A stretch of 64,000 nucleotides of DNA from the human T2T-CHM13v2.0 reference genome, Homo sapiens, in assembly GCF_009914755.1 (NCBI RefSeq), contig NC_060947.1; one strand, given 5' to 3'. Shown here one piece after another: positions 12,880-24,825 of this stretch. Both the position numbers and the translations under genes were made by a program. How positions within the stretch are numbered: position 1 is the stretch's first letter; every line of letters begins with the position of its first letter. The notes below the pieces were generated by a model, which worked only from the letters and a program-made list of their open reading frames with translations, did not search any database and was not told where the DNA came from.

Positions 12880-13706
12880 AGTTGCTGACATCTTTTTTTT
12901 AATGTGTTGAGGCTTTCTATTTTGTCATTTGTTTCAAGCATGTCCATAAATACCTTTTGATGCATAATTTTATGAATCCCTTGTTACATTATTCTAATAT
13001 CTTTCCTATCACACTGTTGACATCTATTCATTGTTATTTTCCATTCAGTTAGATATCTTCTTGATTCTTGTTGTCAGTGATTTTTGATTGAAATCTGGAT
13101 TTGGGATATTATGTCATGAGACTCTGGTTCCTATTTAAACCTGCTTCTGCTGGACTCCTCTAATACTGCTCCAGCAGAGGAAACAGGAGTGCTACCTCAT
13201 TAATTCCAGGTGGAAGTAGAAATCCAGTTTCCCTACTCAGCTTCCACTAATACCTGAGGTAGGGGGCGGTGCTCTTCATGACTGCTGAGTGAGGGTGGGA
13301 GATCCTGTTCCCCAATAGGCCTACGGTGATACCTCCCTGGATGGGAAGATTAGGTCCTCCTCACTACTGCTCCCAATATGGCCTCCACTGACACCACCAT
13401 ATTGTGCTCTCACTACAACTCTGTGGTGGGGAAATTCTTGACACTCTTCTAGGCCTTTTCTGACACCATCCCAATGCAGGGAGGGCATGGTGGCTTATTA
13501 TTGCCAGACGCCAAGTAGAAGTCCAGGTTCCCCACATGGTCTCCACTGATACTGAGGTGGCAAGAGTCAGAAGTGAGAATCATACTACTTCCCAGAAGGG
13601 ATGAAGTCTATGCTTGGTACTTCTCTGTAGTTGGCCTTCTCTGATAGCACCCCAGCAGGGAGTTTGGGGCAACTTATTATACTCTGGCTAGCATGGCCTT
13701 TGCTGG

Positions 13707-13744
<38 letters not shown>

Positions 13745-14103
13745 TGTGTCCACAGTGTTTTCCATGGTGTTTGGCTGGAATATAGTGTTTATTAGTCTAA
13801 AAGTATTTCATCTGGCTAAGCTGCCCCTTTTCTGGTCCTTTGGCTAGAGGAAGCAGGATATTGCCGGGTTTTCTTTTTGTCTGGGTGCATTGGCATGTTG
13901 GGGTTTCTGGTTCTTTCAGCATGAAGCAGAAAGAAAACCTAAGGAACTCACCACCATGTTGTCTTTTGGATCCTGAGGTTTTAAGTCAGTCTGCCCTCTC
14001 CTCTCTTTTGTTCGTATTATATATAATGTTCATATATAAAGTTAGACTTGTGGAAGGAATAGAGGAAAGAACGTCTACTATACCTCACCAGAAACAGAAG
14101 TTC
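12880..14103 (-). mobile_element. L1MC-type 5' end (5'UTR and ORF1 remnant)
   Basis: Minus strand begins GAACTTCTGTTTCTGG...GTAGACGTTCTTTCCTCTATTCC and contains GGTGGTGAGTTCCTTAGGTTTTC, as recalled for L1MC 5' ends. Confidence 0.7.
13710..13749. repeat. (TG)n microsatellite
   Basis: Direct reading; one interruption. Confidence 0.98.
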
Positions 14104-14139
14104 CTAAGAGGTTTTAGAACTGTGTAGACTATTTCTTAA

Positions 14140-14330
14140 GACTTTTTCGTTCTATTCTCACCACATATTTGTAATTGAAAAGCAAATAATATTCACATAT
14201 TAGAGATGAAGAAATTGAGGCACTGAGGTGTTAGGATATTTCCCCCAAGTCATGTAGTGATTTCTAATTGAATATAAATAGAAAGCCCAGATTTTCTGAC
14301 AAATAACTCACAGTATTTCTATTAGACCAT
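14140..14330 (-). mobile_element. MIR SINE
   Basis: Core GATGAAGAAATTGAGGCACTGAG...CCCAAGTCA. Confidence 0.8.
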
Positions 14331-14759
14331 CCTTTGTAATACAAATAAGCACCCAGTATTTTATGTGCAAGGAAAGGACTTTGTTGTAATAATAAAATGC
14401 ATTCATGCTACAGCATGTTGTATCAACACTGAGAGTTCTTACAGAGCCGGAGGAACTTCAGCAGATAGGGAGCCACAATTTATAAGTTATAATCAGATAG
14501 GACATACCCCAGGTGGAGCAGCAGCTGTTTTAGGGACCCACATTGGCAGACACCAGGTAAGTGAGTTAATGTAAATTCTCTGGGATTCTCAGTCAGTTTA
14601 CATTTTCCAAAGATGGCTCCTAGGAGAAGCACAAATCTTCAACCTCAGGTCAATTTAGAAATGTAACGTTATTGGGAAAGGTCTCAGCTTTTTAAAGAAA
14701 CACTTGCTGCTTTTTAGAGCTAGTAGTTGCCAATCTGTGCTGGGTGACTTTACAAGGCA

Positions 14760-14965
14760 AAATAAAGGACCAATGGCAATTAGAGGCAGACATCTTGTAT
14801 ATGTCTTATAAAAGTCTTATACATGCCTTTACAAGTACACATGTTGAATAAGTCTTACACATCTTAGTATAAGACTTTTCTAACCACCAAAGTTATCCAT
14901 TATAGAATGGGCTGCTTCATTATGTAGTGAGTCCTTTATCACTGGATAGCTTCAAGCTAAGGGAT
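14760..14965 (+). mobile_element. MIR3 or L3 3'-end fragment
   Basis: GAGGCAGA...ACTTTTCTAAC...GAATGGGCTGCTTC...GTAGTGAGTCCTTTATCACTGGA...TTCAAGC. Confidence 0.7.
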
Positions 14966-15060
14966 CCTGAAGAATTGATACTTACACTTGGTGGCCATTT
15001 GGCCTAGAGAAGTCCTGTTTTACTCTTGGGCAAAATCTACTTTGCAATACATTCCCTCTC

Positions 15061-15442
15061 TGTCTTAGGCTGCTCAGGCTGCCATAGCCACATACCATAG
15101 ACTAGGTAGTTTAAACAACATAATTTTTTTTCTTGAGGCTAGAAGTCTGAGGTCAAGGTTCCACTTTGATTGGACTCTGGTGAGGGTTCTCTTCCTGACT
15201 TACAGGCAGCTTCCTTGATGTGTGCCACATGGCCTTTCTTCTATACACATTCATATATTGGGACAGGGAGATTTTTTTTCTTTTCTTATAAGGTTACCAA
15301 TCCTATCAAATTAGGATCCCACCTTTATGACCTCATTTTATCTTACTTACTTTATACAAGCACTATCTACAAATACAGTAACACTAGGGTTTTGTACTTC
15401 AATATGTTAATTTGGTAAAAGGACATAATTCAGCCCAAAGCA
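15061..15442 (-). mobile_element. MLT1A-like MaLR solo LTR
   Basis: TGTCTTAG...CAGCCCAAAGCA ends; TSD CTCTC at 15056-15060 and 15443-15447. Confidence 0.9.
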
Positions 15443-15499
15443 CTCTCCCTGTCCTTGCTCAAGCTGTTTTTGTATAAGAGTAATTAAATAGGACACAAG

Positions 15500-15620
15500 T
15501 TTAGGGAGCATGTTGCTTGGTTGTATTTGATTCATCTCTCAAACTGATTTGGTATAGTGCTTTTTCACATAATAGATTCCTACTATATGTTTGTTGAATG
15601 AATGAATAAATGAATAAGCA
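15500..15620 (+). mobile_element. L2 3' terminus
   Basis: Ends TGTTTGTTGAATGAATGAATAAATGAATAA. Confidence 0.75.
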
Positions 15621-15679
15621 CTTACACAGGTGGAATAAAATGTTTTAGCTCTAACAGAGAAATACCATCTGTCTCTTTC

Positions 15680-16190
15680 CAAGTTTCACCACTCACTGTA
15701 TTGTGCCAACTCTTTGGCATGGATTTCAAAGTTCTTCATAACATAGTCCATACTTACTTTGCTTGCTTCATCTTCCACTGCTTCTGTCTCTCTCAGAACC
15801 TAGCCACCAAATTCCTTGCTCTCCCCTAAACACACTAAGCTCTTTGATAACTCCAAACTTCTGCATGTGCACAAGTCCCTTTGCCTAAAATGGTCTTTTA
15901 TCTTTTTGACAAGGCAATTTCTTTAAGACCCATTTAACATGTCACAATTTTTATGAAGACCTTTCCTGATTCCTACCAAAAAACCCACTGGTTCATTTCT
16001 TTGTAATTCCACAGCATTTTCTTCATGCTTCTATGATAGCTCTTCTCTCATAGGCTTGTAGTTATTTTTTATATCTGTTTCCCTCACTAGACTAAATTCC
16101 TCAAAGGCAGGAACCCTTGTCTCATTACGATTTGTACTCCTAGCACCTAGGAAACAGTACATAGTGGGCATCCAGTAAATGTTGGAAACA
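15680..16190 (+). mobile_element. L2 3' region
   Basis: CACTAGACTAAATTCCTCAAAGGCAGGAACC...CCTAGCACCTAG...CAGTAAATGTTG. Confidence 0.85.
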
Positions 16191-17018
16191 TATGTCTTTT
16201 GAGTTGCACAATCTGACATAATTTTGGCTACTCTTTTAAACTTGTAAGTGACGTTTAATTTATTTGAAATATTAGTAGTGACAAAATAAGAAATAGCAGA
16301 ATTCAGCATATAAACTTGCATTTTATATATATATATACATACATATATAATTTGCATATATATATTGTTTACAAGAAATTTTGTGACATATGGATGCGGT
16401 TTGTTACTAAAAGGCTAAAAGGTTAGGGCTGGTACATTTGATGTCTCAAAAGTTAAATGGCAGTTAAATAGCCCTGGGGAATAGTGTGATTGTGCATACA
16501 AAAGCGTTTATACTGGTAATTTGTTCTTTCTGATTCAGCATGATTTTGACTTTGGCATGTAGCCTTGTAAATTAACAGAATTAATATGCATTATATCTAG
16601 AGAAAGGTAGTTAATTCCACTTTCCACTATACATATTAAATCTGTGCATTTTCTCTAGCTTGGCTCTATGCAGGCATATGTGACAAAGATCCGTACCTAC
16701 TTTTCAGATATAGACACTTGACAAATTCAGTTATTGAAGATGTTTTTCATTAAATTTTAAATTTCTAATATCAGTCCTGTAATGGAGATGGGGAGATATA
16801 GAACATTAAGGGAGCAGAGATTAAAGGAAAATTGGCTTGGTTTCAGAAACACATAGAAAAAAAGGAGATTCAAACAAAAGTTGGAAGAAATTAGTTATCA
16901 CTAGATCTTTATCTACAGAGATTTGTTCACATGGGCTAAGTGAAAAGTTGGAACAATATTTTGACCAATATCAGCTGAAACATAAGAGAGTTACCTTTCT
17001 AGTCTATGTTATCCAGAT

Positions 17019-17205
17019 CAGGGCGTCTCAATGTGGTCCCTTTACCAGCAGCATCAGCACCACCTGAGAAATTATTAGAAATTGAGATTATCAGATCCTG
17101 TTAAAGACCCACTGAATCAGACTCTTGGAGTATGGCTCAACAATGGTTTTTTTTTAACACACCCTGTGGGTGATCCTGATATAAATTCAAGTTTGAGAAC
17201 TACTG
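17019..17205. mobile_element. MER5A (hAT-Charlie MITE)
   Basis: CAG...ACCAGCAGCATCAGCACCACCTGAGAA...AAGTTTGAGAACTACTG; flanks ATCCAGAT / CTCTAGAT resemble the NTCTAGAN target. Confidence 0.88.
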
Positions 17206-17725
17206 CTCTAGATTTTTGTGCTTTATGAATTCCCTGGATAATTACACATCTTTATTCCTTATTTTGTTCCTGTTTGGGGCTGATGATAAATTGTTTTCAG
17301 GTGTTAGCTATTATTAATATTGTTAAAATTGTCTCAGCTCCTTTTGTACTTGGGCTTTGTGCTTGGATTCCTAACTTAGAAGCCCCAGGGCTTTTTTTTT
17401 TTTTTCATCCTTGAATCTCTAATTTTATTCCCCAGCCTTATAATATAAGCTTTATCTTGCCAGTTGTAGAAATCCGTAAAGCACAAATTAAGATCAGATA
17501 ATAGAAATCACATACACTTTTTTTGGGGGGTGTGCAGAATGTGTATGGGAGTGTACTTTGCCTAAAATCCTGTTATTCCATCTCTGGGTGGTTTCCTAAA
17601 GATACAATAAAACAAGTGTGGAGATAAATATCTATACAGCTTTTTATTGTAAACTTGTTTGCAATGTTGAAAAACTGAAAAGTTCAAATGTTCATCAATG
17701 AGAGTTGGTTATAAAAATTATGTTA

Positions 17726-18834
17726 TATAGGCATGGGTAAAGATTTCATGACAAAGACACCAAAAGCAATTGCAATAAAAGCAAAAATTGACAAAGGGGA
17801 TCTAATTAAACTAAAGAGCTTCTGCACAGCAAAAGAAACTATCAACAGAGTAAACAGATAATTTACAGAATGGGAGAAAATTTTTGCAAACTATGCATCT
17901 GACAAAGGTCTAATATACAGCATCTATAAGAAACTTAAACAAATTTACAAGAAAAATGAAAATAACCCCATTAAAAAGTGGATACAGGGCATGAATAGAC
18001 ATTTCTCAAAAGAAGACATACATGTAGCCAAAAATCATATGAAAAAAAGCTCAACATCACCAATCATTACAGAAATGCAGATCAAAACCACAAAAAGATA
18101 CCATCTCACACCAGTCAGAATGGCTATTATTAGAAAGTCAAAAAATAACAGATGCTGGTGAGGTTGTGGAGAAAAAGGTATGCTTTTACACTGTTGATGG
18201 GAGTGTAAATTAATTTAACCATTGTGAAAAGCAGTGTGGTGATCCCTCAAAGACCTAGAGGCAGAAATACCATTTGACCTAGCAATCTGATTACTGTGTA
18301 TATACCCAAAGAATATAAATCATTCTATTATAAAGACATATGCATGCATATATTCATTGCAGGACTATTTACAATAGAAAAGACATGGACTCAACCTAAA
18401 TGCCTATCAATGATAGACTGGATAAAGAAAATGTGATACATGTACATCATGGAATACTATACAACCATAAAAAACAACAAGATTATGTCCTTTGCAGGGA
18501 CAGGGGTGGAGCTGGAGGCCATTATCCTTAGCAAACTAATGCAGGAACAGAAAACCAAATACTGCATGTTCTCACTTATAAGTGGGAACTAAATTATGAG
18601 AACACATGGACACATAGAAGGAAACAACACACACTAGGTTTTATTGGAGGGTGGAAGGTGAGAGGAGGGAGAGGATCAGGAAAAATAGCTAATGGATACT
18701 AGGCTTAATACCTGGGTGATGAAATAATCTGTATAACAAACCCCCATTACATACTTTTACCTATGTAACAAACCTGCAAATCCTACATATGTACCCCTGA
18801 ACTTAAAATAAAAGTTCCAAAAAGTAAAACATAA
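17726..18834 (+). mobile_element. 5'-truncated L1PA13-16-like element
   Basis: ORF2 C-terminus plus 3'UTR GGATCAGGAAAAATAGCTAATGGATACTAGGC; TSD AAAAATTATGTTA at 17713-17725 and 18835-18847. Confidence 0.92.
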
Positions 18835-18869
18835 AAAAATTATGTTACATACCTATTATTGAATATTTT

Positions 18870-21192
18870 TGATACAGTTTGTCTCTGTGTTCCTACCCAA
18901 AGTTTATCTCAATTTGTAGTCCACACGAGTCAAGGAAGGGACCTCAGGGAAGTGACTGAATTGTGGGGGGTGGTTTCCCCTGTGCTGTTCTCATGATAGT
19001 GAGGGAGTTCTCATGACAGTTGATGGTTTTAAAAGTGGCAGTTTCTCCTGCATGCTCTCTCTCCTGTGAAGAAGGTGCCTGTTTCCCCTTCACCTTCCAC
19101 CGTGATTATAAGTTTCCTGAGGTCTCGCCAGCCATGCAGAATTGTGAGTTAATTAAACCTCTTTTGTTGATGAATTACACAGTCTCAGGTAGTATCTTTA
19201 TAGCAGTGTGAAAACAGACTGATACAGAGAATTGGTATCAGGAGTTTGGGGTACTGCTATAAAGATAAACTGAAAATGTGGAAGCCACTTTGGAACTTGT
19301 TAATGAGCAGAGGTTGAAACAGTTTGGAGGGCTCAGAAGAAGGCAGGAAGATGTGGAAAATTTTGGAAATTCCCAGAGACTTGTTGAATAGTTTTGACCA
19401 AGATGTTGTTAGTGATATGACAATAAGGTCCAGACTGAGGTGGTCTCAGATGGAGATGAGGAACTTGTTGGGAACTGGAGAAAAGGTGACTCTTGCTATG
19501 TTTTAGCAAAGAGACTGCAGCATTTTGCCCCTATCCTAGAGATCTGTGGAACTTTGAACTTTAGAGAGATGAGTCAGGGTATCTGGCAGAAGATATTTCT
19601 AAGTAGCAAAGCATTCAAGATGTGACCTGTCTTCCTGAAAGCATACAATTATATGCATTCATAAAGAGATGGTTTGAAACTTATGTTTAAAAGGGAAGCA
19701 GGACATAAAGGTTTGGAAAATTTGCAGCCTGACCATGTGGTAGAAAAGAAAAACCCATTTTCTTGGGAGAAATTCAAGCTGGCTGCAGAAATTTGCATAA
19801 GTAATGAGGACCTGAATGCTAATTTGGGGGAATTATCTTCAGGTCATGCCAGAGGTCTTCATGGCAGCCCCTCCTATCCAAGGCCCAGAGACCTAGGAGG
19901 GAAAAATGGTTTCATGGGCTGAGCCCAGGGCCCTGCTGCTCTGTGCAGCCTCAGGACATGGCAACCTGCGTGCCAGCTGGTCCAGCTCCAGCTGTGGCTA
20001 AAAGGGGCCAAGGTATAGCTTGAACTGTTGCTTCAGAGGGTGCAAGCCCCAAGCCTTGGCAGCTTCCACGTGGTGTTGGGCCTGCAGGTTCACAGAAGAC
20101 AAGAGTTTGGGAGCCTCTTCCTAAATTTCAGAGGATATATGGAAATGCCTAGATGTCCAGGCAGTTAGTCTGTTGTGGGGTCATAGCCCTCATGGAGAAC
20201 CTCTACTAGGGCAATGCAGAGGGGACATGTGGGGTAGGAGCCCCCACAGTCTCCACTGGGGCACTGTCTGGTGGAGCTGTGAGAAGAGGGCCACTGTCCT
20301 CCAGATCCCAGAATGGTAGGTACACCAAGAGCTTGCACCTTGCACCTGGAAAAGCCACGGGCACTCAATACCAGCCCGTGAAAGCAGCTGTGGGGGTTGC
20401 ATCCTGCAGAACCACAGGGGCAGAGCTGCCCAAGGTCGTATGTGCCCACTCCTTACATCAGCTTGCCCTGGATGTGAGACATGGAGTCAAAGGAGGTTTT
20501 GGAGCTTTAAGATTTAATAACTGCCCTGCCAGGTTGTAGACTTGCATGGGGCCTGTGGCTCCTTTATTTTAGCTAATTTCTCCCACTTGGAATGGTTACA
20601 TTTATCCAATACCTGTAACCCCATTGGATCTTGAAAGTAACTAACTTGCTTTTGATTTTATTGGCTCATGGGTGGAAAGGTCTTGCATTGTCTCAGATGA
20701 GACTTTGGACTTAGACTTTTGGGTTAATGCTGGAATGGGTTAAGACTTTGGGGGACTTTTGGGAAGGCATGATTGGTTTTGAAATGTGAAAAGGACATGA
20801 GATTTGGGAGGGACAAGGGGCAGAATGATATGGTTTGGCTCTGTGTCCCCACCCAAATCTCATCTCAAATTTTAATCCCCACATGTTGAGGGGGAGACCT
20901 GGTGGGAGGGGATTGGATCATGAGGGTTGTTCCCCCATGCTGATCTCATGATAGTGAGTGAGTTCTCATGAGATCTGATGGTTTTAAAAGTGGCAGTGTC
21001 CCCTGCCCATTCTCTGTCTCTCTTCCCACCTTGTGAAGAAGGTGTCTGCTTCCCCTTTGCTTCTGCCATGATTGTAAGTTTCCTGAGGCCTCCCCAGCCA
21101 TGTGGATCTGTGAGTTAATTAAACCTCTTTTGTTTATGAATTATCCAGTCTCAGATAGTATCTTTATAGCAATGTGAAAATGGACTGATACA
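18870..21192 (+). mobile_element. Complete THE1D-like MaLR element: LTR 18870-19226, internal 19227-20825, LTR 20826-21192
   Basis: Two homologous TG...CA LTRs around a ~1.6-kb internal region ending in the polypurine tract GGGGCAGAA; TSD ATTTT/GTTTT. Confidence 0.93.
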
Positions 21193-22127
21193 GTTTTATA
21201 TATGTGGAAAAGATTAGTAGCTCAGTATGTACTAATGGCATGAAAAGATGCTCAAGATATGGTAAAATGAAACCACAAAATCACACTGTAGATCAGTATT
21301 GTTTACATGATGTCACCACTTGAGAGAAAAAACTACCATTTGAATTTTCAGCATAAACATGTTTTTTGTTTATAAAAAAAGATAAATGAGATCTATATTT
21401 ATTTGCAACAAATCATTATCATAATATGTTTTTAACTTAAAAAAAGCACACTACATGATAGCATTGCATCTACTTTCTCATGGCAGCATGAAAAACAGAA
21501 AATATAAACAAAATGCCATGCAGCAAGAACTTTTGGGTGTGATGTCTATCTTGACAGTGGCCTGAGTTGCGTAGGTGCATGCATTTATTAAAAGCTCATT
21601 AAATGGTTAAATAATTAAATATATGCATTTTAATGTATGTAATTTTATCTAATTAAAGGGTCATAAGCAAACACTGGGCTCAAGTTAAAGATATGCTGCT
21701 GCTGGAAGTCATTTTTGTTGAAAAATGATTTAGGGGTATGTAGGGGTAAATTGTACTAATGTCAGCAATTTAGTTTGAAAGGTATCAAAAATTAAGGTGG
21801 ACTGATATGTGATAAAGCAAAGAGAATGTTAACAGTTACAGAATCAAGGTAGCATGAATATAGAGATTCATTGTGCACTTCATTCAATTTTTCTGAATGA
21901 AAATTATCATAATAAAATTTTGAAAAGTATTATGCATAGTATGTTTTCATTGTAACTCAACTTTTTCTGATTCTCCATGATTTTGAGTTTGGCATATACT
22001 CTGTAAGTTAACAGAATTAATACAAAGTTACAATATAAAATATTTTGAATTCACATGGAAAGATATCCAATCTTCTCAATGAACAAAACAACTTACAAAA
22101 AGTCATATATATACTATGATCTCATTT

Positions 22128-22214
22128 GCGTATACCTATGTAACAAACCCACATGTTCTGCACATGTATCCTGGAACTTAAAGTAAAATAAAAATAAAAT
22201 AATAAAAAAATAAA
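22128..22214 (+). mobile_element. Very short L1PA 3'-terminal insertion
   Basis: TATACCTATGTAACAAACCCACATGTTCTGCACATGTATCCTGGAACTTAAAG plus A-rich tail. Confidence 0.85.
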
Positions 22215-22434
22215 GCAAATATGTTTATATAGTCAAATTAAATAGCTGGAAGAACATACATGAAATTGTTAACACTGGTGATCCCTGGGGTTTTTGATAA
22301 TATTGGAGGTTTTAATTTTCTCTTACAATACTCTTGTATATTCAGAAAAAAAACCATAATAGATATCACCATTAAAAATTTAATAAATTGGTTTTAATGA
22401 TGACAGAAGGTATAATTTAGAGGGAAAATAGGAG

Positions 22435-22585
22435 CTTTCCAAATCTCTGCTTGTATACCTCTGGAAATCAGGAGCTACCTATTTCAAGAGACAGTCTGTT
22501 CCTTTGTTGGAATAAGCTCCAATTGTAAGAATGTTTTTGCTTATGGAAAACTGAAATCTGCTGGCCTCAATTTTTTTCTTACTAG
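22435..22585 (-). mobile_element. MIR3 or L3 3'-end fragment
   Basis: CTCTGCTTGTATACCTC...AATTGTAAGAATGTTTTTGCTTAT...GAAATCTGC, antisense to the MIR3/L3 tail. Confidence 0.6.
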
Positions 22586-23419
22586 AACAATACTAAACAA
22601 GATGACATTCTAATGCATAGTGATTTCAGTATAAAAGTAACTGAGGCAACTAACCTGCACAAGGTGTGGGTGATGGACATAGACAAGAAGGAGCAATAAT
22701 GATGGTTGTAACAAGAGTTTTTGAAATGAAGACACAGTAACTGCTAAGAGATTTGACACAGGAGCTACCTAGAGTGAGAGGTGACAGTCATAGTATTCAT
22801 TTGCAAGCTTTCTGGGGTCCTCAGTTGTTTTCAGCAGGCCTGGGTGCATTATCTTATAAGCGACACTGCCATTCTGGTGATTCTGCTTAGCAGGAACACT
22901 ACTTGATGTTGCAAACCAGGACTGAAATAAATAGCTGTGCCACTAGAAATCCTCAGCAATCAGAAAACAATGAAGTTCTAATCAAACTACCAAGATGAAA
23001 ATTGTCTTTAAGTATACAACTTTGTCTGAGATGTATGTTTGAGGAAAAATCTCATGAAGTTTGCAGATGATGCTGAATTACACAGGGGCTACTGCATATT
23101 CTCAAAAGCAGAATTCACTTCAAAAAGACCTTGACCAATTGGGGGAAATGCCCCTACAGACACATAATGAAACTTAAAAGGGAAAAATACAAATTGTTAC
23201 TTTTAGAATGGACTGATGATTAGACACCTGTGTAGAAGGAAAAGACTGGCAAGGATGGAGAAAATAAAAACTTGGCATAATCTATAGCATAAAGCTATTG
23301 CAGGAAAAGTATCTAACCAAATATTGGGGTAAATTTAAGGTAAAAATATTCTGGGCGATGATCCTGTATATTGTAAAATTGTTAGATCTCTCTCTCTCTC
23401 CATGCCTCTCAAACCTCCT

Positions 23420-23715
23420 TACCCATTTGTTTATATAACACTGTGCCTTTTCTCAGAAATATAATTAGGCATCTTAGAATTACACATAAAATAAAATATA
23501 ATGCCAATTAAAAATAGATGGCCAAAAAGAAACAAGTGTGAGAACATGAAAAGACTAGAATTGGGACTCAAATAATGCAAACTATAAAGACATATGTCCT
23601 TTCTGTTGGTGGAAAGTAGATTTAGCTTTAAGCTTTTTAGCTACCAATTTGAAAGAGAAGAAAGAAAGAAAGCAGGCAAGGTATACAGTTTAGAAGTTAA
23701 TGGTGTTTATAGTAG
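23420..23715 (-). mobile_element. Possible Mam_R4 (Dong-R4) fragment
   Basis: Interrupts the L3; motifs TTTAGCTTTAAGCTTTTTAGCTACCAA and TGCCTTTTCTCAGAAA...AGGCATCTTA resemble my recollection of Mam_R4. Confidence 0.45.
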
Positions 23716-24139
23716 GCCACTATTTTAATAAGGTGTAGACAAAGAGGAAATGTGATTAAAGAAATTGAAATATCAGTTTTACGAGGATAAGGTAAAGGAA
23801 TTGAGGCTATTTAGTCCAAAGAAGAAAGAGCTAGGGGATGACTTGATGACTACATTCAAATGTTTCAGGGGACTTTATGTGAGAAATTAAAAGCAATTGT
23901 TTTCTGTGCCCAAGGAGAATAATAAAAATAAACAGACTTAATTTAATGAAGCGACATAAAATGTAGTGTCAATCTGGAAAAAATGCAATATATATCAGAT
24001 AGGAATTTATATCCAGAATATTTAAAGAACTTCTACAAATTGATAACAATACAACAAACTACTTAATTGAAAAATGGCCAAGGAGGTGATCATGCAAATG
24101 ACAGAAGAGGAAATAAAAATAGCCAATACAAACAAAAAG

Positions 24140-24341
24140 ATGCTCAACTCCAATAGCAATCGGAAAATACAAATTGTATTATTTCCATTTTTTTCTCATC
24201 AGACTAAAAAATTTTTAAAGACATGATAATAAGTGTTGAGATGCTCAACTCCAATAGCAATCGGAAAATACAAATTGTATTATTTCCATTTTTTTCTCAT
24301 CAGACTAAAAAATTTTTAAAGACATGATAATAAGTGTTGAG
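24140..24341. repeat. Perfect 101-bp tandem duplication (24140-24240 and 24241-24341)
   Basis: Base-by-base identical copies, including homopolymer lengths and a CpG. Confidence 0.97.
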
Positions 24342-24489
24342 AAGAATATGAGTAGATACATATACACATAAACTGATAGTGGAAATGCCAATTGGTATAG
24401 CTACTTGGGAATATAATTTGATAGTGTCTATTAAAGTGGGAAATATTTATACCCTATGACACTTCGGTTTTATTTCTCATATTTAGATT

Positions 24490-24825
24490 CATTATTGTTA
24501 TTCACTGTTATCCAGTTCTCCTCTCCTGGGCACACAGTAGGACTGTACTCAGTGATTCTTTATGGCTGGTCGGGGCTATGTGTCTAGTTTTGGTCAATGA
24601 GTTGTTGTTTCTGTGACAAGTGGGAAACTATGAAGAACTTTCTTTCATTCATGGATATTGTCAATGTTTAAAGTGGTATCTGCTCCAGCAGCCTGGGTGC
24701 CTAAGTGATTCCAATGAACAGAGCCCTCTAACAGTCCTTAATGGACATGTAGCTTGAGCAAGAAATATACCAGAAATATACCTTTTTTTAATCAATTGAG
24801 ATAGAATTCCAAAGTTTATTGTTAA
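24490..24825 (+). mobile_element. MLT1H/I-like LTR
   Basis: CTCCTGGGCACACAGTAGGACTGTAC; CAGCCTGGGTGCCTAAGTGA...AATGGACATGTAGCTTGAGCAAGAAAT. Confidence 0.75.

Larger units (their letters stand above)
17540..22380 (+). mobile_element. Fragmented L1ME-type 3' regions hosting younger insertions (real spans ~17540-17725, 18848-18869, 21193-22380)
   Basis: Diverged ORF2-end and 3'UTR motifs (CAAATGTTCATCAATG...AAATTATG; ATATGCATTTTAATGTATGTAATTTTAT; TCATAATAAAA). Confidence 0.65.
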
